This document shows, piece after piece, positions 1 through 10,111 of a DNA stretch of 64,000 nucleotides; position 1 is the stretch's first letter, and each line of letters begins with the position of its first letter. The notes beneath the pieces are model-generated. The model searched no databases and was not told where the DNA came from. It worked only from the letters and a program-made list of their open reading frames with translations. The DNA is taken from positions 1,392-65,391 of the forward strand of contig LGFQ01000001.1 in NCBI GenBank assembly GCA_001508935.1. Reading direction: 5' to 3'. The DNA is from Synergistales bacterium 54_24. Lineage in GTDB: Bacteria > Synergistota > Synergistia > Synergistales > Thermosynergistaceae. The translations under genes were made by a program, and so were the position numbers.

Positions 1-282
1 TACGGGGGCGTCCGCATATCTCTCGAGGATGAAGAGAATCCGCAGGTGACCGTGGATACCTACATCTCGGTAAGATATGGCCTTCGCATACCGGATGTGG
101 CGTGGGACCTTCAAGAGACGATCAAGGATCAGCTCGAGCAGTATACCGGATATACGGTGAAGGCCGTCAACATCTACGTGCAGGGCATACACTTCGAAGA
201 CGGCCGACCGCTGGAGGAGGCGCCAAAAGAGAGCGAGAGCGCCGAACGGCAGGATGCAGAAGCCTTCAAAGAGGAAGGTTGA
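1..282 (+). CDS. Asp23/Gls24-family (alkaline shock) protein; 5' end lies outside the window
   Basis: Frame 1 is open from nt 1. The translation ...VTVDTYISVRYGLRIPDVAWDLQETIKDQLEQYTGYTVKAVNIYVQGIHF matches the conserved Asp23-family core. An acidic tail follows, with TGA at 280-282. Confidence 0.7.
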   Translation, partial: YGGVRISLEDEENPQVTVDTYISVRYGLRIPDVAWDLQETIKDQLEQYTGYTVKAVNIYVQGIHFEDGRPLEEAPKESESAERQDAEAFKEEG

Positions 283-346
283 GCTTCTGGTGGCGGTGGA
301 ATTGTTTTGATCCGCGGGCAGCCTCTGCTGCATAGGGGGGAGGGCT

Positions 347-820
347 GTGCACTATTTATGGAAGGCGAATGACCTGGGGTCTATATGGATCCAAAAGGAT
401 GCACTGCTGCAGTTCCTGCGCCGTCGCCTGCCTCTTGGCTACGAATGCGAAGACGTATCCTTTGTAGCCGAGGAGGGTAGGCTTTACCTGTTTTTGACGC
501 GCCCCGATTCTGATCTTCGTCAGGTCGAGGCGTTGGCCGCAGACCTGGAGAGAGACTTGAAGAGGATCGGTTTTTCGTCGGTCCGCGTGGGGTGGGCTTT
601 AAAGGAGGAGGTCCCCTCCCTGCCCGAACCCAGCCGCCTTTACATGCACCCTCTCTTCTGGGCTGTGCTCGCTTCAGCCATCGTCGCTTTCGTCCAGTTA
701 GGCTTCTGGCGTTCTCTAACAGTCTGTATCGGGGGATTTGCCGGATATGGTGTGGCGCACTTTGTGGTTGCGAGAGATAAAACTTCCCCTTCCAACCCCT
801 TAAGATGTCGCAGGAGGTGA
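347..820 (+). CDS. hypothetical membrane protein
   Basis: 157-aa ORF with a GTG start just after a G-rich RBS-like run. The C-terminal half has two hydrophobic helices (LFWAVLASAIVAFVQLGFW, VCIGGFAGYGVAHFVV). No family recognised. It sits between the asp23-like gene and nusB and overlaps nusB by 16 nt. Confidence 0.4.
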   Translation: MHYLWKANDLGSIWIQKDALLQFLRRRLPLGYECEDVSFVAEEGRLYLFLTRPDSDLRQVEALAADLERDLKRIGFSSVRVGWALKEEVPSLPEPSRLYMHPLFWAVLASAIVAFVQLGFWRSLTVCIGGFAGYGVAHFVVARDKTSPSNPLRCRRR

Positions 821-1290
821 AAAAGGTGCCGCTTTCGCGCGGCCGCCACAGAGCCCGCGAGATCGCCCTGCAGCTTTTATATTCCCTGGACTTGCGCCCC
901 GACCAGAACGCAGAGGAGGCGCTTGAACTGTTCCCCTTCGAAGAGGGGGAAGGAGGGGATGTCATCCAATACGCCTCTTCTCTGTTGCGGGGAGTGTGGG
1001 CCGTGCGCGCCGAGATAGACAACGAGATACGCCGTCATGTGGTGGGATGGAGGCCCGAGCGGATGGTGGCTGTCGATTTGGCTGCCGTGCGGCTGGCCTT
1101 GTATGAAGGCGTGATTGCCAGGCTGGTCCCGCTGCCTGTGGCTATATCCGAGGCTGTGGATCTGGCTAAAAAATATGGCACGGAGCATTCGGGCCGTTTC
1201 GTGAACGGCGTCTTGGGGCGAATCGTCCGTGCCCTGGAATTGGAGGAAAGCGTCGGTGCAGGAGAAGGTCAAGATCCTCGGCGTGGATGA
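805..1290 (+). CDS. nusB: transcription antitermination factor NusB
   Basis: 161 aa. The N-terminal RHRAREIALQLLYSLDL and the C-terminal AISEAVDLAKKYGTEHSGRFVNGVLGRI are typical NusB motifs. Confidence 0.9.
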   Translation: MSQEVKKVPLSRGRHRAREIALQLLYSLDLRPDQNAEEALELFPFEEGEGGDVIQYASSLLRGVWAVRAEIDNEIRRHVVGWRPERMVAVDLAAVRLALYEGVIARLVPLPVAISEAVDLAKKYGTEHSGRFVNGVLGRIVRALELEESVGAGEGQDPRRG

Positions 1291-2530
1291 AATTACGGAA
1301 TATATAAGGTTCCTCTTGGAGAGCGACAGCCTTCTGTCGTCGATTGTCGTCCGCGGGGAGATCTCCAGCTTCAAAAGGCACACGAGCGGCCACGTCTATT
1401 TCGTCCTCGCAGGGAAAGAGAGCCGGATCAACTGCGTCCTCTTCCGCGGAGACGCCTCTCGCATCCCCTCTTGGCCCAGAGACGGAGACGAAGTGTTGGT
1501 CGAGGGAAGGGTGAGCGTATACGGCCAGAGGGGGACATACCAGCTCTACGTTAGAGATATACGCCCATTGGGCAAGGGCGCCCAGGCCAGAGCGAAGGAA
1601 GAGCTTAAGAAACGCCTTCAGGAAGAAGGGCTCTTCGAGCAGAGGTTCAAGCGCCCGCTGCCGGCTTATCCGATGAAGGCGGCCGTCGTAACCTCGTCGA
1701 CTGGCGCTGCCGTCCAAGATGTGATAAAAGTGGCCAGCCATCGCTTTCCGCAGTGCGAGATCGTGGTCGTGCCGTGTTTGGTCCAGGGCCTGGAGTCGCC
1801 CGAGGAGATCGTGAGGGGTCTGCGCATCGCCGGAGGCATAGAGGACGTAGAGGTCGTGCTGCTCGTGAGGGGCGGCGGGAGCAGGGATGACCTGAACCCC
1901 TTCGATGATGAGCGGGTGGTGAGGGCCATCAGGAGCGTTCCGGTGCCCCTCATTACCGGGCTTGGACACCAGATAGACCTCACCCTTTCGGACCTCGCCG
2001 CCGATGTCCACGCTCCGACCCCTTCAGCCGCCGCAGAGATGGCTTTCCCGGATCGGATGGAGCTGCTGCGGCGCCTCGAAGCCATGGAGAAAAACGCCTC
2101 TTTCTGCCTCGGAAAGAGGATCGAGCGCCTTGAAAGCGAGCTCGCGAGGTTGAAGGAAAACCTTGTATCGGCTTGCCTGAGGGGCCACTTGGAGGCGGGT
2201 GAGCGCTCGGCGGAAGACGCCCTCTTTAGGCTGAATTACGCTGTCGAAGCGCGCCTCTCTGAAGCCGAAGGAAGGCTGGCCGAAAGCGCCGCCTCTTTGA
2301 ACGCGCTGTCGCCGCTCAAGGCCTTCGACAGAGGGTGGGTAACCTGCCTGGACGCCGACGGACACGTCGTAACGCAGGCCTCCGACCTGAAGGTCGGCGA
2401 CGAGTTGAAGGTGCAGTTTTCCGACGGCGATGCAGCGGCGGACGTGCAGGAGATCACGCTCCTCCCGCACTGGTTGAGGGAGGTGAAGACGTGCTCCCCG
2501 AGCCTATCAAGTGGAGAGGAAGAGCCTTAG
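1229..2530 (+). CDS. xseA: exodeoxyribonuclease VII large subunit
   Basis: OB-fold N-terminus ([35 protein letters not shown]) and catalytic core ([55 protein letters not shown]). The start may instead be GTG 1256. The 3' end overlaps mtnA by 40 nt. No xseB-like ORF follows. Confidence 0.9.
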   Translation: MPWNWRKASVQEKVKILGVDEITEYIRFLLESDSLLSSIVVRGEISSFKRHTSGHVYFVLAGKESRINCVLFRGDASRIPSWPRDGDEVLVEGRVSVYGQRGTYQLYVRDIRPLGKGAQARAKEELKKRLQEEGLFEQRFKRPLPAYPMKAAVVTSSTGAAVQDVIKVASHRFPQCEIVVVPCLVQGLESPEEIVRGLRIAGGIEDVEVVLLVRGGGSRDDLNPFDDERVVRAIRSVPVPLITGLGHQIDLTLSDLAADVHAPTPSAAAEMAFPDRMELLRRLEAMEKNASFCLGKRIERLESELARLKENLVSACLRGHLEAGERSAEDALFRLNYAVEARLSEAEGRLAESAASLNALSPLKAFDRGWVTCLDADGHVVTQASDLKVGDELKVQFSDGDAAADVQEITLLPHWLREVKTCSPSLSSGEEEP

Positions 2531-3501
2531 ATCTGCTGGACCAGAGGAAATTACCCTGGGAGATATCGTATTATCGCTGCGAAGATGCTGAAGGCGTGGC
2601 TAAAGCTATAGAAGATATGGTCGTGCGCGGAGCTCCAGCCATAGGGATAGCCGCAGCCTACGGAGTCGCTCTGGCGGCCTCGAAGGGAAAAGGTGCGGCC
2701 TTTGGCGCGATAGAGCGCCTCTCGCGGACGCGCCCCACGGCGGTAAACCTCTTTTGGGCCATGGAGAGGATGAAAGAGGTCGTAACGGCTTCGGGCGAGG
2801 GCGAACTGCCCTCGAGGACCGAAGCGCTCGCCCTTTCCATACACAGGGAGGACGTGGCGACGAACCGAGCCATAGGGAGGCAGGGGGAGGTTCTTTTGCC
2901 TGCTGAGGCTGCGGTCTTGACGCACTGCAACGCCGGCGCTTTGGCCACAGGCGGATATGGCACGGCCTTGGGGGTGATCCGCGCCGCCAAAGAAGCGGGC
3001 AAGAGCATAAAGGTCTTCGTAGACGAGACGAGGCCGCTGCTTCAGGGGGCGCGCCTCACGGCGTGGGAGCTCAAAGAGGACGGCTTCGACGTTACCGTCG
3101 TCTGCGATGGCGCCGCGGCCTTCGTCATGAGGAAGAAGGCGATCGATGCCGTTATAGTTGGGGCCGACCGCATAGCGGCCAACGGCGACGTGGCGAACAA
3201 GATCGGCACGTTGGGCCTCGCCATAGCGAGCTCGCACTTTGGCACGCCCTTTTACGTGGCCGCACCGAGGAGCACCATAGATGTACAAGTTCCTTCAGGC
3301 GAGGCGATCCCGATAGAGGAAAGGGACCCCGAAGAGGTGCGCTCTTTTGGCGGGAAGACTGTCGTTCCTCGGGAGATCTCGGCTTGGAATCCCGCTTTCG
3401 ACGTGACGCCGTCGGAACTCGTCTCCGCCATAATAACGGAAGTCGGAGTTTTGCGCCCGCCCTACGGCGAAAGCATCGAGCGGGCTATGAAAGCCACTTA
3501 G
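2491..3501 (+). CDS. mtnA: S-methyl-5-thioribose-1-phosphate isomerase (eIF-2B alpha/beta/delta-like family)
   Basis: The track ORF 2335-3501 has an Arg-rich N-terminal extension that overlaps xseA and looks artefactual. An in-frame GTG at 2491 follows GAGGGAGG. Motifs: [60 protein letters not shown]. Confidence 0.85.
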   Translation: MLPEPIKWRGRALDLLDQRKLPWEISYYRCEDAEGVAKAIEDMVVRGAPAIGIAAAYGVALAASKGKGAAFGAIERLSRTRPTAVNLFWAMERMKEVVTASGEGELPSRTEALALSIHREDVATNRAIGRQGEVLLPAEAAVLTHCNAGALATGGYGTALGVIRAAKEAGKSIKVFVDETRPLLQGARLTAWELKEDGFDVTVVCDGAAAFVMRKKAIDAVIVGADRIAANGDVANKIGTLGLAIASSHFGTPFYVAAPRSTIDVQVPSGEAIPIEERDPEEVRSFGGKTVVPREISAWNPAFDVTPSELVSAIITEVGVLRPPYGESIERAMKAT

Positions 3502-3508
3502 GAGGTTT

Positions 3509-4759
3509 TTGGCCATGGAGGAGTTTCATATAGCAAATCCGGCCCTGGCGGATCAGGGCGAGGAGAAGATTGCGTGGGCGTGGCGATTCATGCCGGTGCT
3601 AAAGTCGCTTCAGGGGCGTCTGAAGGGCGGTTTGCCCTTGAAAGGCGTTCGCCTGGCGGCGTGCCTTCATTTGGAGGCCAAGACGGCGTGCCTGCTTTGT
3701 GCGCTCAAGCGGCTCGGGGCCGAGGTCTTTGCGGCCGGCAGCAATCCGCTCTCCACGCAAGATGACGTTTGCGCGGCTTTAGTGGCCAGAGGGGTTCACG
3801 TCTTCAGCTGGCACGGCATGACGACGGAGGAATATTTAGCCAACATCTATTCGGCTCTGGCGTGGGATCCGCATGTCATCATAGACGACGGCGGAGACAT
3901 GATCGCAATGGTGCACGAAAAGCGGCCCGACATCCTGCCTCAGATAAAGGGAGGGTGCGAGGAGACGACGACGGGCGTGAGGCGGCTCAAGGCCATGGCC
4001 AGGGAGAAGGTCCTGCGGATGCCCGTCATCGCCGTCAACGACGCATACAGCAAGTACCTTTTCGACAATCGCCACGGCACAGGGCAGTCCGTGTGGGATG
4101 CGATCACGAGGAGCACGAACCGCCTAATAGCGGGCAAAGCCGTGGTGGTTGCGGGCTATGGGTGGTGCGGCAAGGGCGTGGCGGCGAGGGCTCGCGGCCT
4201 CGGGGCGAGGGTGGTGGTCGTAGAAGTCGATCCGCACAGGGCGCTTGAGGCTTATATGGACGGGTTTTCCGTGCTGGATATGGACGAGGCTGCCTCCATC
4301 GGCGACATATTCATCACGGTCACCGGCAATATCGGCGTCATAAGGAAGAGGCATTTCGTCAAGATGAAAAACGACGTCCTGCTGGCCAACGCCGGCCATT
4401 TCGATGTGGAGATAAGCATACCGGAACTCGAGGAGCTCGCGTCGCGCAGGTTCGTCTCCCGCCCCGGGGTTTGGACTTACGAATTGCCGGACGGCAGGAG
4501 CATTCACTTGATGGCCGAGGGAAGGCTGGTCAACCTTGCCTCCGGGGACGGCCATCCGATAGAGATCATGGATTTGAGCTTCGCCCTTCAACTCTTGTCA
4601 ACCATCTACGTCTTTCAGCACGACTTGGAGCCGGGGGTGCACAAGGTCCCTGAGGAGATAGACTTGGAGGTGTCGAGGTTAAAGCTCGAGACCCTCGGCA
4701 TAAAACTCGAGGCGATGACGCCGGAGCAGGAGTCGTATATGCGGGAGTGGAGGGAATGA
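3509..4759 (+). CDS. ahcY: adenosylhomocysteinase family hydrolase (short, archaeal/Thermotoga-type, 416 aa)
   Basis: Motifs: GEEKIAWAWRFMPVL, SNPLSTQDDV, IIDDGGD, EETTTGV, VNDAYSKYLFDNRHGTGQS, VVAGYGWCGKG (NAD fold), NAGHFDVEI. Confidence 0.9.
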   Translation: MAMEEFHIANPALADQGEEKIAWAWRFMPVLKSLQGRLKGGLPLKGVRLAACLHLEAKTACLLCALKRLGAEVFAAGSNPLSTQDDVCAALVARGVHVFSWHGMTTEEYLANIYSALAWDPHVIIDDGGDMIAMVHEKRPDILPQIKGGCEETTTGVRRLKAMAREKVLRMPVIAVNDAYSKYLFDNRHGTGQSVWDAITRSTNRLIAGKAVVVAGYGWCGKGVAARARGLGARVVVVEVDPHRALEAYMDGFSVLDMDEAASIGDIFITVTGNIGVIRKRHFVKMKNDVLLANAGHFDVEISIPELEELASRRFVSRPGVWTYELPDGRSIHLMAEGRLVNLASGDGHPIEIMDLSFALQLLSTIYVFQHDLEPGVHKVPEEIDLEVSRLKLETLGIKLEAMTPEQESYMREWRE

Positions 4760-4760
4760 C

Positions 4761-6032
4761 ATGTTGATTTCTAACGTGATCGCCCTCGACGGCTCGATGC
4801 AGCGAGCGCATGCCTGCGATGTGGCGGTCGAGGGAGGGCGCATCGCCGCCGTTTTGCCGGCGGGCTCATGCGGTGGCGACGTAGCAGTAGATGGCAAGGA
4901 GAGGCTGGCCCTCATTCCCGGGTTCGTAAACACCCACACGCACGCGGCCATGACGCTCCTTCGGGGGTTAGGAGAAGAAAAGGCCCTCCAAGAGTGGCTC
5001 GAAAAGGAGATATGGCCTGTCGAAAGGCGGCTGAAGAGGCGCGACATCTACTTTGGGGCGCTCCTCGCCATGGTCGAGATGGCCTCGTGCGGCGTCACGT
5101 GCTTCGGCGACATGTATTTCTTCATGGACGAGGTGGCGCAGGCGGCCATCGAAGTGGGCATGAGGTGCGGCATATGCCAGGGCATCATAGGAGCCGAGGA
5201 GAGGACTTTGAAGATCGGCCTCGCCTTGGCTGACGAGTGGAACGGCCGGGGAGGCCTGGTGAGCGTTCAGCTCGGGCCACACGCGCCGTATACGGTCCCC
5301 CCAGATATGATGGCCGAGGTGGCCAAAGCAGCGCGGGAGCGCGGCCTCGGCGTACATGTCCATTGGCTTGAGACGGAGTGGGAGCTCGATTACATCGAAA
5401 AGGAACTCGGCAGAGACCCGGTATTTTTTTTGAGCGAAGTCGGGCTGCTCGACGTTTCGAGCCTCATTCTGGCGCACGGCGTTTGGTTTCCCCGCGACCG
5501 GCTGAGCGAGATCGCAAAAAGTAACGTGGCGGTCGTACACAACCCGAGCAGCAACCTGAAGCTCGGCAGCGGGGTAATGCCACTGCCGGAGATGCTTGAG
5601 TGCGGCGTGAACGTGGCGTTGGGAAGCGACGGCGCCGCCAGCAACAATCGCTTGGACGTGTGGGGCGAGATGCGCACCGCGGCCCTCCTCCACAAAGGCA
5701 TAAAGAGAAATCCCTCATGCGTCACAGCCCTTCAGGTGCTGAACATGGCCACCTTCGAGGGCGCCAAGGCCTTGGGCTTTGCCGATGTGGGGAGGATCTG
5801 CGAGGGGTGGCAGGCTGATCTGGTCTTGGTGGATCTCGACCGCCCCCATTACGTCGGGTGGGATCTCGACAGCTTGGCAGGTTACCTCGTGTATGCGGGT
5901 TCCTCTGCCGACGTGAAGGCTACGATGGTAGCCGGCAGGTGGATCTATAAGGATGGAGAGTTCCTCGGAGCCGACGCTGAGCGCATTGTAAAAGAGGCGG
6001 TTAGGTGCCGCAGGCACCTCGTCGGGCGTTGA
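4761..6032 (+). CDS. mtaD: amidohydrolase, 5'-methylthioadenosine/S-adenosylhomocysteine deaminase family
   Basis: 423 aa. Metal-binding FVNTHTHAAMTLLRG, HVHWLET, LAHGVW and LGSDGAASNN match the MtaD/TM0936-type deaminase pattern. The ATG lies 1 nt after the ahcY stop. Confidence 0.8.
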   Translation: MLISNVIALDGSMQRAHACDVAVEGGRIAAVLPAGSCGGDVAVDGKERLALIPGFVNTHTHAAMTLLRGLGEEKALQEWLEKEIWPVERRLKRRDIYFGALLAMVEMASCGVTCFGDMYFFMDEVAQAAIEVGMRCGICQGIIGAEERTLKIGLALADEWNGRGGLVSVQLGPHAPYTVPPDMMAEVAKAARERGLGVHVHWLETEWELDYIEKELGRDPVFFLSEVGLLDVSSLILAHGVWFPRDRLSEIAKSNVAVVHNPSSNLKLGSGVMPLPEMLECGVNVALGSDGAASNNRLDVWGEMRTAALLHKGIKRNPSCVTALQVLNMATFEGAKALGFADVGRICEGWQADLVLVDLDRPHYVGWDLDSLAGYLVYAGSSADVKATMVAGRWIYKDGEFLGADAERIVKEAVRCRRHLVGR

Positions 6033-6069
6033 GGATACGCTGTAGCGATAGGAGCGTGGCTTTGTAGAG

Positions 6070-8709
6070 ATGGAATGGAAGAGCGGACGAAACTTGAGAG
6101 AGGCTTTTATTTCGTTTTTTGAAGAGCGGGGGCACAAGCATTACAAAAGTTTTCCGCTGGTCCCCGATGACCCGACGGTGCTCTTTACCATAGCGGGAAT
6201 GGTGCCGTTTAAGCCCTATTTTTTGGGCGCGAGGGAGCCCGAGGTCAAAAGGGCCGTCACGGCGCAGAAGTGCCTGAGGACGAACGACATAGACAATGTG
6301 GGTAGAACAGGCAGGCATCACACATTCTTCGAGATGTTGGGGAATTTCAGCTTTGGTGATTACTTCAAGGAGCAGGCGATACCGTGGGGATGGGAGTTTT
6401 TGACCCGCGTCATAGGTCTCGAAGCCGACCGGATGTACGCCACCATATATCGCGATGACGACGAGGCCTTCGAGATATGGCACAAGTCTGTGGGGCTTCC
6501 CGAGGAGCGGATAGTGCGGCTGGGAGAGGACGACAACTTCTGGGCCGTGGGGCCGGTGGGCCCCTGCGGCCCCTGCTCTGAGCTGATATACGACCAGGGG
6601 CCGGAGTTCTCCTGCGGCTTGCCCTCCTGCGGCGTGGGTTGCAGCTGCGATAGATACTTAGAGGTGTGGAACCTCGTCTTCATGCAATACGATAGGGACG
6701 CAGAAGGTGCCCTCCACCCTCTGCCCAAGAAGAATATAGACACCGGTATGGGGCTCGAGCGGCTCTGCTCCGTTGTCCAGCGGGCCAAAAACGATTTCGG
6801 CACGGACCTCTTCAGACCTATCGTTGAGCGCGTTTGCGCCTTGGCCGGCATCCGTTACGGCAGCGACGATCGCCAGGACATGGCCGTCAGGGTGATATCG
6901 GACCACATCAGGGCCATGGCCTTTTTGGTCGCCGATAGGGTATTGCCCTCTAACGAGGGCAGGGGATACGTCTTGAGGCGCATAATCCGCCGCTCCATCC
7001 GCTACGGCCATCTCATAGGTTTGGAAAGGCCGTTCCTGGCAGATATTTTGCCTGTGGTCATAGATCTGATGGCCGATCCCTACGAGGAGCTGGTGGAGAG
7101 CCGATCTACGATAGAGCAGGTCTTGGAATTGGAAGAGCGGCGGTTTGCGCGCACGCTCGAACAGGGCACCGAACTGTTAGAGGCTGAAATTGCCTCTCGC
7201 CTCTTGAGGGGAGAAAAACTCCTGCCCGGAGATGTGGCGTTCGTCCTGTACGACACCTACGGCTTCCCACTGGAGCTCACCGAGGAGATATGCAAAGAGA
7301 GAGGGCTTTCCGTGGACAGAGAGAGCTTCGCGAAGGAGATGGAAAGGCAGCGCGAACTCGCCCGCGCCGCCGGCAGGCGTCCCTCTGCTCTGAAGGAAAG
7401 CGTATATCTCGAACTTTACGGAGATCTCGGCGATACGCCCTTTGAGGGATATACCCTTACTGAGGTTGAAGCCGAGGTTTTAGCCATCGTAAAAGGCGGG
7501 GCGCGAACCGATAGCGCGGAACCTGGAGACGAAGTGGAAGTCTTTTTATCTTCGACCCCCTTTTACGCGCAAAGAGGGGGTCAAGTTGGGGATAAAGGGT
7601 GGATAACGACCGATGGCGCAAGGCTTAGGGTCGACGATGTGAAGTATGCGGAAGGCGGCCTCGTATCGCACCTCTGCACGGTGGAAGAGGGGCGTGCATC
7701 CGTGGGAATAAGGGTTAGGGCCATCGTGGACGAGGAGAGGCGCTGGGCCATCAGGCGGCATCACACCGCGACTCACTTGCTTCACGAGGCTGCCGTAAGG
7801 GTCTTGGGGCCTCACGTCCGCCAGGCGGGTTCGCTCGTTACGCCGGAATATCTGCGCCTCGATCTGGCGCACTTTGCGCCCATCTCTAACGATGAGACGA
7901 AAAAGATCGAAGAGATCGTGAACGCCGAGATACAGGCCAATGTGCCCCTCCAGGTCTTTCTGACGTCTTTAGAGGACGCCAGGGCCATGGGGGCGAAGGC
8001 GCTGTTCGAGGAGAAATACGGAGAAGAGGTGCGCGTGGTGCGCATTCCTGGTTTCTGCGCCGAGCTCTGCGGCGGCACTCATGTGGACGCCACTGGCGAC
8101 ATAGGGCTTTTCAAGATTGTCCGCGAGGAGGGCATAGGGGCCGACGCCAGGCGGATAACGGCTGTGGCCGGAATGCCTGCGTTCAATTGTTTGAGGCAGG
8201 CATACGAGGAACTGCGCGGCGCAGCCGAGCGCCTCGGCGCGGATATGTTCGCGGTCTGCGACCAGATCGGATCCCTCCAAGATGAGATAAAATCCCTGCG
8301 GCGCGCCCTTGAGGAGGCGAAACTCCAGGCCCTCGCCGCTCGCATCGACGATATCTTGAGCAAGAGGGAAGAGGTAGGAGGTGTCTCTGTCGTAACGGCG
8401 GCCTTCGACGGCGCGGATGTGGGGCTTTTGAGGGAATTGGGCGACCGCGTTAAGTCCAAGCAGCCCCGCTCGCTCGTGGTTTTGGCGAGCCGTGACGGAG
8501 CGCGTGCTCAACTCGTCATCATGGCCGACGAGGCTGCCGTAAGAGCTGGCGTTCACGCCGGCAAGCTGGCGAAGGAAGTGGCCTCCCTTGCGGGCGGCGG
8601 AGGAGGCGGCAAGGCACAGATGGCTCAAGTCGGCGGAATAGACCCGTCGAAGGTGGAAGAGGCGCTAAGCGGCGTACCTGAGATATTGAGGAGGATGTTG
8701 AGCTCGTAA
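6070..8709 (+). CDS. alaS: alanine--tRNA ligase
   Basis: 879 aa. Class II core (FTIAGMVPFKPYFLG, RTGRHHTFFEMLGNFSFGDYFK), editing-domain HHTATHLLH and CGGTHV, and a C-terminal DHHA1-like GGGGGK. Confidence 0.97.
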   Translation: MEWKSGRNLREAFISFFEERGHKHYKSFPLVPDDPTVLFTIAGMVPFKPYFLGAREPEVKRAVTAQKCLRTNDIDNVGRTGRHHTFFEMLGNFSFGDYFKEQAIPWGWEFLTRVIGLEADRMYATIYRDDDEAFEIWHKSVGLPEERIVRLGEDDNFWAVGPVGPCGPCSELIYDQGPEFSCGLPSCGVGCSCDRYLEVWNLVFMQYDRDAEGALHPLPKKNIDTGMGLERLCSVVQRAKNDFGTDLFRPIVERVCALAGIRYGSDDRQDMAVRVISDHIRAMAFLVADRVLPSNEGRGYVLRRIIRRSIRYGHLIGLERPFLADILPVVIDLMADPYEELVESRSTIEQVLELEERRFARTLEQGTELLEAEIASRLLRGEKLLPGDVAFVLYDTYGFPLELTEEICKERGLSVDRESFAKEMERQRELARAAGRRPSALKESVYLELYGDLGDTPFEGYTLTEVEAEVLAIVKGGARTDSAEPGDEVEVFLSSTPFYAQRGGQVGDKGWITTDGARLRVDDVKYAEGGLVSHLCTVEEGRASVGIRVRAIVDEERRWAIRRHHTATHLLHEAAVRVLGPHVRQAGSLVTPEYLRLDLAHFAPISNDETKKIEEIVNAEIQANVPLQVFLTSLEDARAMGAKALFEEKYGEEVRVVRIPGFCAELCGGTHVDATGDIGLFKIVREEGIGADARRITAVAGMPAFNCLRQAYEELRGAAERLGADMFAVCDQIGSLQDEIKSLRRALEEAKLQALAARIDDILSKREEVGGVSVVTAAFDGADVGLLRELGDRVKSKQPRSLVVLASRDGARAQLVIMADEAAVRAGVHAGKLAKEVASLAGGGGGGKAQMAQVGGIDPSKVEEALSGVPEILRRMLSS

Positions 8710-9128
8710 TGCCCAGGATCATGGGTTTGGATGTGGGCGAAGTGCGCATAGGAGTGGCTGTGAGCGATCCCCTGGGTTTTTTCGCCCAGGGGATCGCGGT
8801 GTTGTCGAGGCGTTCGGAGTGGCTCGAAAGGCTTGCCGAGCTCGTCGAGCTCTACGACGTTTCGAAAATAGTGGTCGGCCTGCCGGTGAGGACAAGCGGG
8901 CTCGAGGGGGTCGAGGCGCGCCGCATGCGCAGGGTCGTAAAACTCCTTAGGTCGCGCTTTCCTGAGCTTGAAGTCGAGGTGTGGGACGAGCGCTTTACGA
9001 CGACCATTGCGGAACGGTCTCTCCTCGAGGGGGACGTTTCGAGGCTCGATAGGCGCAAGAAGATCGATAAAGTGGCGGCCAGCGTGATGTTGCAGAGCTT
9101 CCTCGACGCCAAGCGGGAGGGCCTTTGA
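8709..9128 (+). CDS. ruvX: putative pre-16S rRNA nuclease / Holliday junction resolvase-like YqgF
   Basis: 139 aa. MPRIMGLDVGEVRIGVAVSD and DERFTT are YqgF/RuvX motifs. The start overlaps the alaS stop (TAATG). Confidence 0.9.
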   Translation: MPRIMGLDVGEVRIGVAVSDPLGFFAQGIAVLSRRSEWLERLAELVELYDVSKIVVGLPVRTSGLEGVEARRMRRVVKLLRSRFPELEVEVWDERFTTTIAERSLLEGDVSRLDRRKKIDKVAASVMLQSFLDAKREGL

Positions 9129-9160
9129 TGCGCGAGGTCGCCCTTTTTAGGGAGGGGTCG

Positions 9161-10111
9161 ATGAAAAAGCGCTCGATCGTGGCAATCATCGGGCCCACCG
9201 CCGTGGGAAAGACCGAGGCGAGTCTCGAACTGGCCCAGCGGCTCGGATGCGAGATCGTCTCGGTGGATTCGCGCCAGGTGTATCGCTACCTCGACATCGG
9301 CACGGACAAGGTCTCTCTCGAAGTCCGCAAGGTCATACCCCATCATCTCATCGACGTGGTAGATCCTGACCAGATCTTTTCTGCAGCCGACTTCGTGAGC
9401 CTGGCCGGAAGCGCCATCGAAGATATACGGTCGAGAGGGCGCTATCCGCTCCTCGTAGGGGGGACGCCCTTTTACTACAAGGCCCTGATAGACGGCATCC
9501 TGACGTCCCAGTTGCCCAAAGACTTGAAATTGAGAGAGGAGCTCGAAAGCAGGGCTAAGGAAGAGGGGAGGTCCTCTCTGCATGAGGAGCTCGCCCGAAT
9601 AGACCCGGAAACGGCCTCTAAGCTTCACCCTAACGACCTAAGGAGGGTCACGAGGGCGCTTGAGATATATCTCCTCACCGGGCGCACCGCTTCGTGGTGG
9701 CGCAAAGAAGGGCGTCGCATGGGCGGGCTTTACGACGTCCTTTACTTGGGGCTTTACAGGCCCAGGGAAGACCTCTACAGCCGCATAGAAAACCGCATAA
9801 AGAGGCAGTTCGCCTCCGGTTTCGTCGAGGAGGTGGCATACCTACTCTCGAAGGGATACGGGGAGGAGCTGCCGGCCATGCAGGGCTTCGGCTACAGAGA
9901 GCTGGTGGCATATCACAAGGGGCACATCACGCTCGAAGAGGCTGCGAGGCTCGACGCCAAGTCGACCAAGGCCTTTGCGAGGAGACAGATGACGTGGTTT
10001 AAGAACTTTTCTCACGTTATATGGTATGATATTTCCTGTATTTCTAATCGCGCGTTGTTGAGCGATATGGAGGGGCATATGCGCCGCGCTTTCGAGGGTT
10101 GGATTTTATGA
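9161..10111 (+). CDS. miaA: tRNA dimethylallyltransferase
   Basis: The ATG at 9161 is preceded by GGAGGGG. P-loop IVAIIGPTAVGKTE, then VSVDSRQVYRYLDIGTDK and IPHHLID. The track ORF starts at 9125 but adds only 12 non-conserved residues. Confidence 0.9.
   Translation: MKKRSIVAIIGPTAVGKTEASLELAQRLGCEIVSVDSRQVYRYLDIGTDKVSLEVRKVIPHHLIDVVDPDQIFSAADFVSLAGSAIEDIRSRGRYPLLVGGTPFYYKALIDGILTSQLPKDLKLREELESRAKEEGRSSLHEELARIDPETASKLHPNDLRRVTRALEIYLLTGRTASWWRKEGRRMGGLYDVLYLGLYRPREDLYSRIENRIKRQFASGFVEEVAYLLSKGYGEELPAMQGFGYRELVAYHKGHITLEEAARLDAKSTKAFARRQMTWFKNFSHVIWYDISCISNRALLSDMEGHMRRAFEGWIL

Noticed and set aside
2335-2490. N-terminal extensions of track ORFs (2335-, 17481-, 21228-, 22084-, 37380-, 45298-, 39605-, 16071-) that overlap the preceding gene by 70-500 nt.
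   Set aside because: The extensions are Arg/Gly-rich, non-homologous and out of character. In each case an internal ATG/GTG/TTG with an RBS sits at or next to the upstream stop and matches the conserved family N-terminus.
6033-6069. T-box or riboswitch leaders upstream of alaS, ahcY/mtnA (SAM-type), purB or glpX.
   Set aside because: The upstream gaps are only 7-40 nt, or the genes overlap, which is far too short for such leaders. The only leader-sized gaps are those before pyrR, OFOR operon 2, prfB and the V-ATPase operon.
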